Below, piece by piece: positions 8,891 through 18,149 of a stretch of DNA of 64,000 nucleotides. The stretch lies in IMG/VR virus record IMGVR_UViG_3300045988_183727; one strand, given 5' to 3'. Under the pieces are notes generated by a model. It worked only from the letters and a program-made list of their open reading frames with translations. It was not told the DNA's origin and did not search any database. The translations under genes were made by a program, and so were the position numbers. Origin of the DNA: a virus. Within the stretch, counting starts at the first letter, position 1. Every line of letters begins with the position of its first letter.

Positions 8891-11206
8891 TTGGGAGCTT
8901 TTAATGCCTGCTGTGAAAGGTCGTGTTTCCACATTAAACTAATACTGGCTGAAAAGAAACAGCTTGGCGATTTGATTGCCCAAGCTATTCCCGGTACAGC
9001 ACATTATGACCGTGGTGCAACCGTGAAAGGTGAATATGTAATCGTCTGTTCGCAAGGACATCTTCTTTCTCTGAAGGAGCCTGAGGACTATGATGTCGCG
9101 TTTGGAAAATGGGAGTTGTCTGCCTTGCCGATTTATTTTCCGAACTGGCAAACAAAGGTGAAAGAGTATAACGGGAGAGGCGTGAATCCCAACGAGCGCG
9201 TTTCGCGCATTGGGGAGCTTTTGAAGCAGTGTTCCTGTGTAATCCACGCAGGAGACCCTGATGAAGAGGGGCAGCTTCTTATTGACGAGCTGCTTCGCTG
9301 GCACGGTTATCGTGGACCCGTTTACCGTTTGGCGACGGGCGACACCTCTATCCCTGCGCTGCAGCGTGCGCTCAATAACCTCAAGGACAACCGTCTCTTT
9401 GAGAACATGGGGTGGTCTGCTTACGCACGGAGCGTTGCCGACCTTATGGTTGGTGTGAATATGAGCCGATATTATTCGCTGGTCAACAATGCTTCGCTGA
9501 CAGTTGGACGTGTGCAGTCTCCTACTCTTGGGCTTGTGGTCGAGCGTGATATGCTTATCGAAAACCACGTAAAAACTAAATACTATGAGGTCTCAGCGAA
9601 GACTTCTATTGAGGGTAAGGTCGTTGAGACGAAGTACAGGCCGAAGAAAGATGACCCGCATCTGACTGATGGGCTTATCTTGGATAGACCTTACGCGGAG
9701 AGCAAGTCTGTGATGATTTCCGGAAAACAGTTCTCAGGGGCTGCCGTTACAAAAAAGATTTCCAAAGAACAACCGCCTTTGCCGTTTGATATGCTGGAAT
9801 TGCAGGGCTACTGTTTGAAGAGTTTCGGCTACAAGCTGGACGACACCATGGAAATCACGCAGTCTTTACGCGATAACTACAACGCCATTACATATAACCG
9901 TACTCAGGTGCGATATCTCCCCGAAAACTACTTTGCGGAAGCTCCTGCCACCTCCCGTACTGTTATCGCAAACATAAACACGGTAGGAAAGGGAAATTTC
10001 AACCCTATTCTTGGTATGGACTTCAAGACGAAGGGGCGGTGCTTCGACGATTCTAAAATTGAAGCGCATTTTGGTATCATTCCTCAAAATGTGAGTCTCG
10101 ACCTCAACAAGATGACGGAGCGGGAACGAAACGTATATCTTGCCATTTGTAAGTATTATCTTATCCAGTTCTTTCCGCCCGCTGAGAAGGAAACAACAAA
10201 GCTGGTTGTCCCGCTGCCGGACGGCGCCACTTTAGAGGCGTCCAGCACTGGTGTGCTGAAACCCGGTTATCTCGTGATGATGCGCGAAGGTGTAGATACG
10301 CCCACAGCGTTGAGTATGATACCCGCCGGCAGTTACGGTGCTTTTGTTTCCGACGCTCAGGTCTTAGAGAAGGAAACAAATCCCCCTCCTCGTTACACAC
10401 AGTACACACTGGCGAAGGATATGAGCCGTATTGCCAAGTATGTTACCGACCCATTCATCAAGAGCACTCTGCTGAAGAAAGATGCCGACGTGGAAGAGAA
10501 TAACGGGGCTATCGGCACCAGCGCAACACGGGACCAGATAATCTCCGGTCTCATTTCAAGAGGGTTCTTGCAGGAAAAGGGGAAGTCCCTTATTTCCACT
10601 CCACTTGGACGCGAGTTGTATCGCATTCTCCCCGATTCCCTTCGTGGACCGGACCTCACCGCCTTGTGGTGGGTCATTCAAGAGGAGATACATGAGGGGA
10701 AGGCGACGCCGGAGAAGCTGGAACAAAACGTTCTGGCTATGCTCAAAGATTTCCTGCAGCAACCGCATCCTAAAGTGGACCCCAACATTGTCCCGACAAG
10801 GAAGGGATTCACGCCGATAGGAGTCTGTCCTCGCTGTGGTGGGAACATCATAGAGGGGAAAATGGGCTTTGGTTGTTCCAACTGGAAGAGTGGATGTAAG
10901 TTTACCATCTGGAAAAAGCCAAAACCGACTCTGTTCCAGCACATCACATTCACAGAGAAGGATGTCAAAAACTTTCTCGCTGGAAAGCCTGTCCATAAGA
11001 CGAAGCTGACCAAGAAGGACGGCGGTACATTTGCGGCAGACCTTGTGATGGATGACAGTCAGCGCAGTGATTGGGGCCCGAACTTTACGCTTCAGTTCAA
11101 CAGCACCAAACCCGCAGGAGCCTCCTCGCGCTCTGGTGGTGGTCGTTCCGGTAGTCGCAGTACGTCGCGTGGTTCTTCGCGGAGTCGGCGCTCTGGACGT
11201 CGGTGA
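8891..11206 (+). CDS. topB: DNA topoisomerase III (type IA) with a C-terminal zinc ribbon and an RS/RG-rich tail
   Basis: Toprim N-terminus (KLILAEKKQLG, DPDEEG), topoisomerase IA core, then CPRCGG...GCSNWKSGC and SRSGGGRSGSRSTSRGSSRSRRSGRR. The start is uncertain: the track uses TTG at 8891. Confidence 0.9.
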   Translation: MGAFNACCERSCFHIKLILAEKKQLGDLIAQAIPGTAHYDRGATVKGEYVIVCSQGHLLSLKEPEDYDVAFGKWELSALPIYFPNWQTKVKEYNGRGVNPNERVSRIGELLKQCSCVIHAGDPDEEGQLLIDELLRWHGYRGPVYRLATGDTSIPALQRALNNLKDNRLFENMGWSAYARSVADLMVGVNMSRYYSLVNNASLTVGRVQSPTLGLVVERDMLIENHVKTKYYEVSAKTSIEGKVVETKYRPKKDDPHLTDGLILDRPYAESKSVMISGKQFSGAAVTKKISKEQPPLPFDMLELQGYCLKSFGYKLDDTMEITQSLRDNYNAITYNRTQVRYLPENYFAEAPATSRTVIANINTVGKGNFNPILGMDFKTKGRCFDDSKIEAHFGIIPQNVSLDLNKMTERERNVYLAICKYYLIQFFPPAEKETTKLVVPLPDGATLEASSTGVLKPGYLVMMREGVDTPTALSMIPAGSYGAFVSDAQVLEKETNPPPRYTQYTLAKDMSRIAKYVTDPFIKSTLLKKDADVEENNGAIGTSATRDQIISGLISRGFLQEKGKSLISTPLGRELYRILPDSLRGPDLTALWWVIQEEIHEGKATPEKLEQNVLAMLKDFLQQPHPKVDPNIVPTRKGFTPIGVCPRCGGNIIEGKMGFGCSNWKSGCKFTIWKKPKPTLFQHITFTEKDVKNFLAGKPVHKTKLTKKDGGTFAADLVMDDSQRSDWGPNFTLQFNSTKPAGASSRSGGGRSGSRSTSRGSSRSRRSGRR

Positions 11207-11219
11207 TGGTGCATCATAG

Positions 11220-11249
11220 TTGACATTTTAACATAGTCTATGGTATAGT
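11220..11249 (+). promoter_or_regulatory. Sigma-A-type promoter upstream of the YdjM-like gene
   Basis: TTGACA at 11220-11225, and TGGTATAGT with TATAGT at 11244-11249. Confidence 0.6.
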
Positions 11250-11279
11250 ACAAGTGTTCTATTTAACAAAGATGTACCA

Positions 11280-11291
11280 GAACATTTGTTC
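11280..11291. promoter_or_regulatory. LexA (Cheo/SOS) box GAAC-N4-GTTC
   Basis: aGAACATTTGTTCa is a perfect Gram-positive SOS-box core, lying between the promoter and the YdjM-like start. Confidence 0.6.
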
Positions 11292-11384
11292 AAGATGCTT
11301 GTTATTTACCTGTGATTTCCGAGATAAATAACAAGAATCTTGTTATTGTGCTATACCCCGTTCAAAACATTAGGAGGTGAACCA

Positions 11385-11933
11385 TTGGACGGGCGAACCC
11401 ATACTTTTGCCGGATACACGGCAGGATTACTTCTTGTGCAGGCACAAATCTTCGGAGCATTTGGACTTCCGGCGCCGGACGGCATTCTTCCGTGTGTCGG
11501 AATGGTTGGACTGTCCATGGCGGGCTCCCTCGCGCCTGACATAGACCTTCCGCGTAGCAGAGCAGGACGACGCAATAGACCCGTGTCCGCTGCCGTAAAC
11601 GCTCTTTTTGGGCATAGGGGGATTACCCATGCGCCCTTCATTTGGGCGGCGCTGTACGCGGCTTTGAAGCTGCTTTTGGGTGCTGAATGGTTGACCTATA
11701 TCCTTGCGTTTGTTATTGGTGGAGCAACTCATATTTTGCTCGACCTTTTCAATAAAGCCGGCGTTCCTTTGCTTTGGCCGATATCCCATCGCTTCTGGAT
11801 ATTCGGTATAAGGACGGACAGTGCTGCTGGTCACGCATTTTCTTTTGTCTTGGCGTGTGTCGCAGTTCTTTGTACCATCAATTTTTTCTACGAAGCCGGC
11901 GACTACTTAAAGGAGGCGATTTGGTTTGTTTGA
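11385..11933 (+). CDS. YdjM-family membrane-bound metal-dependent hydrolase
   Basis: TTG start at 11385, 7 nt after AGGAGG. Multi-TM protein with DIDLPRS and GHRGITHAP motifs. Confidence 0.7.
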   Translation: MDGRTHTFAGYTAGLLLVQAQIFGAFGLPAPDGILPCVGMVGLSMAGSLAPDIDLPRSRAGRRNRPVSAAVNALFGHRGITHAPFIWAALYAALKLLLGAEWLTYILAFVIGGATHILLDLFNKAGVPLLWPISHRFWIFGIRTDSAAGHAFSFVLACVAVLCTINFFYEAGDYLKEAIWFV

Positions 11934-11976
11934 CGCTACAACAACAAAGTCTGAAAACGCACAATGGGGTGAGCGC

Positions 11977-12636
11977 ATGGCGACATATATTGCGCTGATG
12001 CGGTGGAACGGCTACTCTGTGCAGGAAATTGCTGATACCTTTGGCATTTCCCGGCAGCAGGTGTATCTGCATCTGCAGAAGATTCCTTTTCCTAATGATA
12101 AGGCCAAAAGGTATCCTCGTCCCGCACTGAATGAAGAGCAGGTGAGGGCTGTGGTCGGTTTTTTTGTCGCGAATAAGGACGCGCCCATATCCGCTGCTTC
12201 AGAGACAACGGGCATTCCTGTTGCGGATGTTGTGATGCTTTGCAACAATATCCGTGGCGCTCATTCGTGGTATTTCAGCGAGGGTTATCCTCTCATTGCG
12301 GATTATCTGAACAGGGAGGGAGTTACGCTTGATTATCTGGAACAGATGGCTGGCGTTCAGGGACTCGCACAGTATATTTTTTCCACATACCCCTACAAGG
12401 AGATGCCGAAGGCTCGTGCTGCTGCGGTAGCCGCAGTAATTGACGTTCCCGCAGACAAGCTGATGGAGGTGGCTGTTGCGTCCGGAAATATGGCCACAGG
12501 TGTGGCAACATCGGATGAAATGGCATTGGTCATCGGCTCAGTAACCGGACGCGAAGCGAACTCGCGGCTCTTTTTCCGTGGACGCCGTATCAAACCTTCT
12601 TTCTCTGCAACTGGAGGTGGTTCTTGTGGTGAATAA
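11977..12636 (+). CDS. Hypothetical HTH protein
   Basis: The ATG at 11977 is in frame with the TTG at 11926. The N-terminal YSVQEIADTFGISRQQVYLHL is helix-turn-helix-like. Confidence 0.6.
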   Translation: MATYIALMRWNGYSVQEIADTFGISRQQVYLHLQKIPFPNDKAKRYPRPALNEEQVRAVVGFFVANKDAPISAASETTGIPVADVVMLCNNIRGAHSWYFSEGYPLIADYLNREGVTLDYLEQMAGVQGLAQYIFSTYPYKEMPKARAAAVAAVIDVPADKLMEVAVASGNMATGVATSDEMALVIGSVTGREANSRLFFRGRRIKPSFSATGGGSCGE

Positions 12637-13159
12637 ATCTGGACCTGACCTCCAGAGCGATATCGTCGTCGATACTCGCGATTATCCTGAAGCTCTGCAG
12701 CGCCTCACGATGAAGGGCATCTTGATGGCCGGTGCCATTGTGGTTATCCTCATTGCAACGCTTTGCCTGCAGAAGTCCGAATTGAAGGCAATGCTTCCCT
12801 TTGCCGGCGTTATCCTCTTGCTGGCAGGATATGTTGTCTATTCTGCCCTACACTTGCGAACAGAATGGCAGAATGGGGACATCGTGTGTCATATTGCTTT
12901 GTGCCGCTCTGTGCGGTCTCGGTCATGGCCACGGGACAGCAAAGAGGTGGTTTTTGTAACAGGGGAAGACGAAGGTCAAGAGGCCCATGTGTTTAATCTT
13001 CCTGACCGCAAGAACAAAGACCTGTATCCCGGCTTTAAGTACACCATCTATGTTCGTGCAAGAGATAATACGCATCTCTTGGCCTACAAAGAAATCTATG
13101 TGCCTTCCGATGCGAAGGACACCGAAGAAGTCAAGTCGGAGCTTTCTTCAGAAAAGTGA
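12626..13159 (+). CDS. Hypothetical membrane protein
   Basis: GTG at 12626 lies 5 nt after GGAGGTGG and overlaps the upstream stop. An alternative ATG is at 12710. Two TM helices. Confidence 0.6.
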   Translation: MVNKSGPDLQSDIVVDTRDYPEALQRLTMKGILMAGAIVVILIATLCLQKSELKAMLPFAGVILLLAGYVVYSALHLRTEWQNGDIVCHIALCRSVRSRSWPRDSKEVVFVTGEDEGQEAHVFNLPDRKNKDLYPGFKYTIYVRARDNTHLLAYKEIYVPSDAKDTEEVKSELSSEK

Positions 13160-13188
13160 AAAAAGCCGGCCTACGGGCCGGTTTTTTT
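13160..13188 (+). terminator. Rho-independent terminator
   Basis: aaaagccggcc tac gggccgg followed by T7. A second hairpin at about 13196-13230 serves the convergent gene. Confidence 0.75.
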
Positions 13189-13240
13189 GCGTTAAGAAGA
13201 GGCCTTGCCTTGTGGCAAGACCTCTTTCGTGTTGTGAAAG

Positions 13241-13687
13241 TTAATTGAAAAAGAAGGGCCTTCCGATTTCTGCATCCTCCTGAGGTTCAGACTCTTCCGG
13301 AGTAAAGCCGTTTTCCGGCGTATTGGCCTCGTTCACAAGGCCATCATCGCTGTCCTCGTCTTCCGTGGCTTCCGCTGCAACAGGGGATACACCCCAGTTG
13401 AGAATAGCCTCATCCTCCTCGGACAGTGCAATACGCTGCCTTTCAGCGGTATCGCGGATTTTCTTGACCATTTTTTCGCGGAAGTTTTTCATGGCGGACT
13501 GGATGCGTGTCGCGGCCTGTTCATCTACAACGATAGCAGGCTTTTTACGGCTTTTTGCCGATACCGTAAAGGCGTTATCCTTTGCAGCGATATCTAACAT
13601 CGTATTGATGTCTGCGACTGCTTTCAGTCCGTCTGAGACCTGCTGGAGTGCCTGCTGCTGCTTGGAATCACTGATAATTGCGGGCAT
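13241..13687 (-). CDS. Hypothetical acidic protein (148 aa)
   Basis: ATG with RBS aaaggagag. Acidic C-terminus. Confidence 0.7.
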   Translation of the reverse strand: MPAIISDSKQQQALQQVSDGLKAVADINTMLDIAAKDNAFTVSAKSRKKPAIVVDEQAATRIQSAMKNFREKMVKKIRDTAERQRIALSEEDEAILNWGVSPVAAEATEDEDSDDGLVNEANTPENGFTPEESEPQEDAEIGRPFFFN

Positions 13688-13711
13688 GATTTATCTCTCC
13701 TTTTCTTTTTT

Positions 13712-14398
13712 TTAGTTAGCGGGTGAGGTATCTGTCTCAGTATCGGCGCCTTCAATGACCGCGCTCATATCTGCGAGGTAGTAAACATCCGCTGCCTTGT
13801 CGTAGTTGATGTGTGCGATAAAGCTGCCAAGGTCTTCGCCCGTAGCCTTATCACATACGCGGATTGTCAGCGTTTCATTGCCGTTATATCCATCCACAAG
13901 AATGGAGTCCTGCCACGCAACACCGAATTTGTTTACATCGCGGTAGGTCGCGTCAATTCCCAGCACATCGTCATACCAAGTAAAGGCTGCAATACTGTTG
14001 GTATCCATTGTGTAAAAATCTTGCCGCTTGACCGTTGCGTATTCTTCCGGCATAAAGTATAGGGGATATGTCGTACGCTCACACTTGATATAGAACGCCG
14101 CACCGTTGGGGTCGTTGCAGGTGGGGTTCAAGTAGATGGCGTTGACGCCGGCATCCTTATCGCCCATACCCAGCGTGACCTCATAGCCGGATTCCAGCGT
14201 ACAGCTCAACTTGATGTCGTTGCGGTACTTGCCATCCCCGATATATCCTTGGGAGTCCTCTTCACCGTCGGGGATGGGTTCGGGATTTTCGAGGTTGTAC
14301 TGAGGTTCGCCGGTGTCCTCATCTTTATCTTTCTTTCCACATCCCACAATGGTCAGAGCCATAAGCACGGCCAGAGTCAATGCGATGAACTTCTTCAT
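13712..14398 (-). CDS. Lipoprotein
   Basis: Signal peptide MKKFIALTLAVLMALTIVGC with a lipobox. RBS aaggagg. Confidence 0.8.
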   Translation of the reverse strand: MKKFIALTLAVLMALTIVGCGKKDKDEDTGEPQYNLENPEPIPDGEEDSQGYIGDGKYRNDIKLSCTLESGYEVTLGMGDKDAGVNAIYLNPTCNDPNGAAFYIKCERTTYPLYFMPEEYATVKRQDFYTMDTNSIAAFTWYDDVLGIDATYRDVNKFGVAWQDSILVDGYNGNETLTIRVCDKATGEDLGSFIAHINYDKAADVYYLADMSAVIEGADTETDTSPAN

Positions 14399-14421
14399 AC
14401 GGGATTCCTCCTTACTGATTT

Positions 14422-15915
14422 TTACTGTACGGGGCTTGCGTTCTGAGGTGTGGTATCGCCGCAGAGCACACGGTCTACAAATTGGCAGATGTTGAGCTGT
14501 GCGGCGCGTTCGGGAGTGTTGGCTTCCAGCTCCTCCAGCAGCTCCACGGTCGTAACCGTACCGCTTGTAAGTGTTGCATCTGCACCAGTGACCATGGTCG
14601 CGTCATACACGGTTGCAGCCTTTTCTGTCATGCGGAATCTTACGATGGAGGGAACCATTTTTGCGATGCTAACATGGTTCTTCACATACTGTGTCAACTC
14701 GCCCTGCGGGATTGCTCCCAGCTTGGCATAGACATCAAACAGCAGCGTTCCGTCGGCGTTCAGGAGGTCGCTTACCACCGCATTCAGCTTAATGGTTTCA
14801 TGCCTCCGGTTATGCTCGTCCTTATCGCTGATGGTGTACTCGATAGTGGGGTCATCCGCATAGAGTTCCTCGCGCAACGCGGGGTTGTTGTCGTCCACTG
14901 TGCGATTGATGGTAATGACAGCCTCGCGTCCAAACATGAGGAAGCTGGTATCCGTTTCCCACAGATAATCTCGCACATCTTCCTCATCAGCGGCCAGCCA
15001 AGGGTTGACGGCAACTGATGTTCCTCCTGTGCTGTTTACACTAAACTGGTCGATGCGGAGAATTTGACCGGCGCCGATATATTCAGTCGCGTATTTCCCC
15101 ACCACAGTGGATACCATGTCCACATTACACAGCTTGGAGCCAATGGCCACAGCGCAGTTGTAGACGTCGGCGGGAATGGTTGCTACGGCAAGATTATCCT
15201 TAGAGAACTGCGTTCCCGGCAGTATATCGTCTGTGACCTGAATCACCTGTACGCTATCTCCATGAACGTAGGACGTGGAAACTGTCGTTCCATCAGAACG
15301 CTGGAGCGTCGTGGGGTACTGAAACCCGATAGGTGCAGAGCGGTTGGCCAGCGTGGTGTAGACGCAGAAGACAACAGCGGCACCGGCAATGATAGCTGCA
15401 GCAGGATAAACGACCTTTTTCAGAAACCGCTTCCCTTTACTTACAGGGACCATGCTCGTTCCTGCCGCATCACTTGCGGATACGTTCTTTTCCGCCGGTT
15501 TGCGCTTCTGCTGCTTTTTCTGCTCCTTTTCCCGCAGCCTCTCGGCCTTCAGCCGTTCTTCCTCCTGCCGCTTGAGCTCGCGCCAGTCGGGGGTTTCTGC
15601 CGTGCCTGAGCTGGGCGTGTCGGTGCTGTGAGTGGGGGATTCCGTGCTCCGAGAGGCTTCCTTTTTCTCAGGTGCGGAAGGGGGCGCGTCATCGCCGCCG
15701 TTTGCAGCGGGAACAACGATAGTCGTCTGCTTCTTTGCGCTACCAACGCGGCCAGTCAGCTCTCCGTCCTCCCTGCACTCGTAGAAGCGACTATTGGCGT
15801 CATCGAAATATCCGGTACAGATATTCCCAGCACCCAGCTTAAACTGGCGCTTAGGCAGCTTTTTGATTTGTGCGACTTCCTCAGCAGTGAAAGTCCATGT
15901 GTTATCTCTCGCCAT
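14422..15915 (-). CDS. Hypothetical single-pass membrane protein with a K/E-rich linker; the extracytoplasmic part is possibly SAF/CpaB-like
   Basis: 497-aa ORF with a TM segment (VVYPAAAIIAGAAVVFCVYTTLA). The family call is weak. Confidence 0.6.
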   Translation of the reverse strand: MARDNTWTFTAEEVAQIKKLPKRQFKLGAGNICTGYFDDANSRFYECREDGELTGRVGSAKKQTTIVVPAANGGDDAPPSAPEKKEASRSTESPTHSTDTPSSGTAETPDWRELKRQEEERLKAERLREKEQKKQQKRKPAEKNVSASDAAGTSMVPVSKGKRFLKKVVYPAAAIIAGAAVVFCVYTTLANRSAPIGFQYPTTLQRSDGTTVSTSYVHGDSVQVIQVTDDILPGTQFSKDNLAVATIPADVYNCAVAIGSKLCNVDMVSTVVGKYATEYIGAGQILRIDQFSVNSTGGTSVAVNPWLAADEEDVRDYLWETDTSFLMFGREAVITINRTVDDNNPALREELYADDPTIEYTISDKDEHNRRHETIKLNAVVSDLLNADGTLLFDVYAKLGAIPQGELTQYVKNHVSIAKMVPSIVRFRMTEKAATVYDATMVTGADATLTSGTVTTVELLEELEANTPERAAQLNICQFVDRVLCGDTTPQNASPVQ

Positions 15916-15937
15916 AGGGCATCATCTTCCTTTCTGT

Positions 15938-16393
15938 TTAGCCCTCAAATCCCAATGCTTTCATCACCGCTATTGCAGCGATAATTGGGATAATATACAT
16001 AAGAAGTTTTGATGGGCTTGAACTTACATCAGCCTCCGAAAAAACTCTGCCGTTATCGTGGTAAAGAGTGATTTTCAAAGGTGGCATACTATTTGAGGTT
16101 ACAACCTTTTTTGTGTGCAATCCATTAAGCTCATATTCGTATGTGGCTACATAATTTCTTGCACCAGAGCTTTTTTCATAATAACGACATTTTACCTGTG
16201 TTGCAGAAAGCATATGCCCGCTTTCTTTTGCCTTCGCTATTTTTTTCTCGCCGCTCGAAAAAATGATTCCCTTTTTGTATAAAACGATTTCAATAGCAAA
16301 AACAACGATAGCAGTAAAAACTCCTATCCAGACAGCAGGGTCATACGCCAGCAACTGTTCCCACGCTTCTTTGAGTCCAATTTGATTGTTCAT
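15938..16393 (-). CDS. Hypothetical membrane protein (TM, beta-rich domain, TM; DUF3592-like architecture)
   Basis: 151-aa ORF with terminal TM helices. Confidence 0.6.
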   Translation of the reverse strand: MNNQIGLKEAWEQLLAYDPAVWIGVFTAIVVFAIEIVLYKKGIIFSSGEKKIAKAKESGHMLSATQVKCRYYEKSSGARNYVATYEYELNGLHTKKVVTSNSMPPLKITLYHDNGRVFSEADVSSSPSKLLMYIIPIIAAIAVMKALGFEG

Positions 16394-16411
16394 ACAACTC
16401 TCCCAATTCTA

Positions 16412-16843
16412 TCAACCTACAGTCTCATCAGCCTTGGCTGAAACAGGTTTTTTTAAGAATGGGTTCGGTCCGGGAAATTCGCCCTTGTACTCTGTGGCGT
16501 CAAAAGCCAGAATTGCAAGGACGATGAGCTGGAAGAAAATCATCCAAATAAAAAGTTTAGGGGTGTGGTAGCTGGTGCGACCTTGATATTCGACGCCAAG
16601 CATAGGTATGAACTTCACCCATATGATAATCCACATGATGAGGTTTACACCCGGTATGAGCATCAGCCATATATAGCGAAGGTTCCCAAAAACGGAATAG
16701 AATAGGCAAATGATGTTATACACGGGGATAAGCCCCGCCCAAATGGGATACTTGGCCTTTTTAAGAATAAAGGCAAGAAGTATGCAGGTGGCAACGGTTC
16801 GGCCTACAATCCAAAGCAGGCGAAGAGTTTCATAGTGATTCAT
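16412..16843 (-). CDS. Small multi-pass membrane protein (DUF5684-like motif)
   Basis: KAKYPIWAGLIPVYNIICLF resembles the K-x-G-x-x-x-W-x-x-LIP-x-YN signature. Four hydrophobic helices. Confidence 0.6.
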   Translation of the reverse strand: MNHYETLRLLWIVGRTVATCILLAFILKKAKYPIWAGLIPVYNIICLFYSVFGNLRYIWLMLIPGVNLIMWIIIWVKFIPMLGVEYQGRTSYHTPKLFIWMIFFQLIVLAILAFDATEYKGEFPGPNPFLKKPVSAKADETVG

Positions 16844-16898
16844 AGTTTTGTCCTTTCAGTGTGGAGGCGTAGTTGATAGCCTCAGTGGGTTTAGTAGG

Positions 16899-17132
16899 TT
16901 AAATGATGCTCGTGAGCCAACCGAGAACAGTGTAGAAGATGTTCGGTACGAGGAAATAGAGTCCGGCCAGAACAGCCAGAATGGTCAATACAACAGACAG
17001 TCCCTTTTTCACTACTTTCCGCGCCGCATACAGTGCGGCAATGAGAATCAGCAGACTCGCGATTTGTGCGGGGGTAAGGGTCAATACCCAAACTTTGATA
17101 CGTTCAAAAATATTGACAAGTTTTTCAAGCAT
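16899..17132 (-). CDS. Small membrane protein (77 aa)
   Basis: The internal ATG at 17132 is preceded by ggaggtatttt. Two TM helices. Confidence 0.55.
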   Translation of the reverse strand: MLEKLVNIFERIKVWVLTLTPAQIASLLILIAALYAARKVVKKGLSVVLTILAVLAGLYFLVPNIFYTVLGWLTSII

Positions 17133-17259
17133 AAAATACCTCCGTTGGCAGGTTCCCGCCACAGCCACATTCCCTAAAGACCGTGGCGGGACTTGCTTTT
17201 CTACATTTTCTATATTACCATATTCGAACATAATGTCAAGCGAAAAGCACCATGTAGAC

Positions 17260-17288
17260 TTGACATTATTTTATATTCGTGTTATAGT
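17260..17288 (+). promoter_or_regulatory. Sigma-A-type promoter of the conserved family
   Basis: cTTGACATTATTTTATATTCGTGTTATAGT, about 40 nt upstream of the nuclease gene. Confidence 0.7.
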
Positions 17289-17330
17289 CGAATTACGATA
17301 GAAACATAAAAGACTCGAAAGGAAAGCGTT

Positions 17331-18122
17331 ATGGTAAAGAATAATAACAAGAAAAACAACGGCACGAATGCCTTGCGAGGGCTCCTCGCTTTCCTTGTTG
17401 CCCTTGCTGTGTTTCTCGGAGTAGAGCTCATTCCGCAGCTCACAGAGAACCTTGGCCCCGACAACCATCCGTCGTATACAGAAGCGTCTGACGTCTACGA
17501 GGAGAGTTATAAGAGCTGGTTTTCGTTAGATGACATTGTTCCGTTTGAAGGGGAGCCATATGTCGTTGTAAACGGTAATGTTCCTTTCTTTACAGAAGTT
17601 GATATGACCACAGAGCCGTTCGAATTGTTTTCCGAGTTGGATGACCTTGGACGCTGCGGGACTGCCTACGCAAATGTGTGCCAAGAGCTGATGCCTACGG
17701 AAGAACGAGGGTCTATCGGTTCCGTGAAGCCGTCAGGCTGGCACCTGAACAAATACGACTGCGTGGATGGCAAGTACCTCTACAATCGTTGTCATCTGCT
17801 GGGCTATCAGCTTACAGGCGAGAACGCCAATGTCAAGAACCTCATCACCGGAACTCGCTACCTCAATGTAACTGGTATGCTGCCGTTTGAGAACGAGATT
17901 GCTGATTATGTTCACGAGACAAACAACCACGTTCTGTATCGTGTGACTCCCGTTTTTGAAGGCGACAACCTTGTAGCGAACGGTGTCTTGATGGAAGCCC
18001 TTTCTGTGGAAGATGATACCATTGAGTTCTGTGTGTTTTGCTATAATGTGCAGCCCGGTGTCAAGATTGATTACGGCACCGGCCTCAACTGGGCGGACGC
18101 GGAATACTCCGCTGAAAACTAA
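17331..18122 (+). CDS. Membrane-anchored or secreted DNA/RNA non-specific endonuclease (EndA/NucA-like)
   Basis: N-terminal TM or signal segment. NRCHLLGYQLTGENANVKNLITGTRYLNV...MLPFENEIADYV matches the DNA-entry-nuclease family signature. Confidence 0.85.
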   Translation: MVKNNNKKNNGTNALRGLLAFLVALAVFLGVELIPQLTENLGPDNHPSYTEASDVYEESYKSWFSLDDIVPFEGEPYVVVNGNVPFFTEVDMTTEPFELFSELDDLGRCGTAYANVCQELMPTEERGSIGSVKPSGWHLNKYDCVDGKYLYNRCHLLGYQLTGENANVKNLITGTRYLNVTGMLPFENEIADYVHETNNHVLYRVTPVFEGDNLVANGVLMEALSVEDDTIEFCVFCYNVQPGVKIDYGTGLNWADAEYSAEN

Positions 18123-18149
18123 ATTAGAAAGAATAAAGGAGAAAGAACT

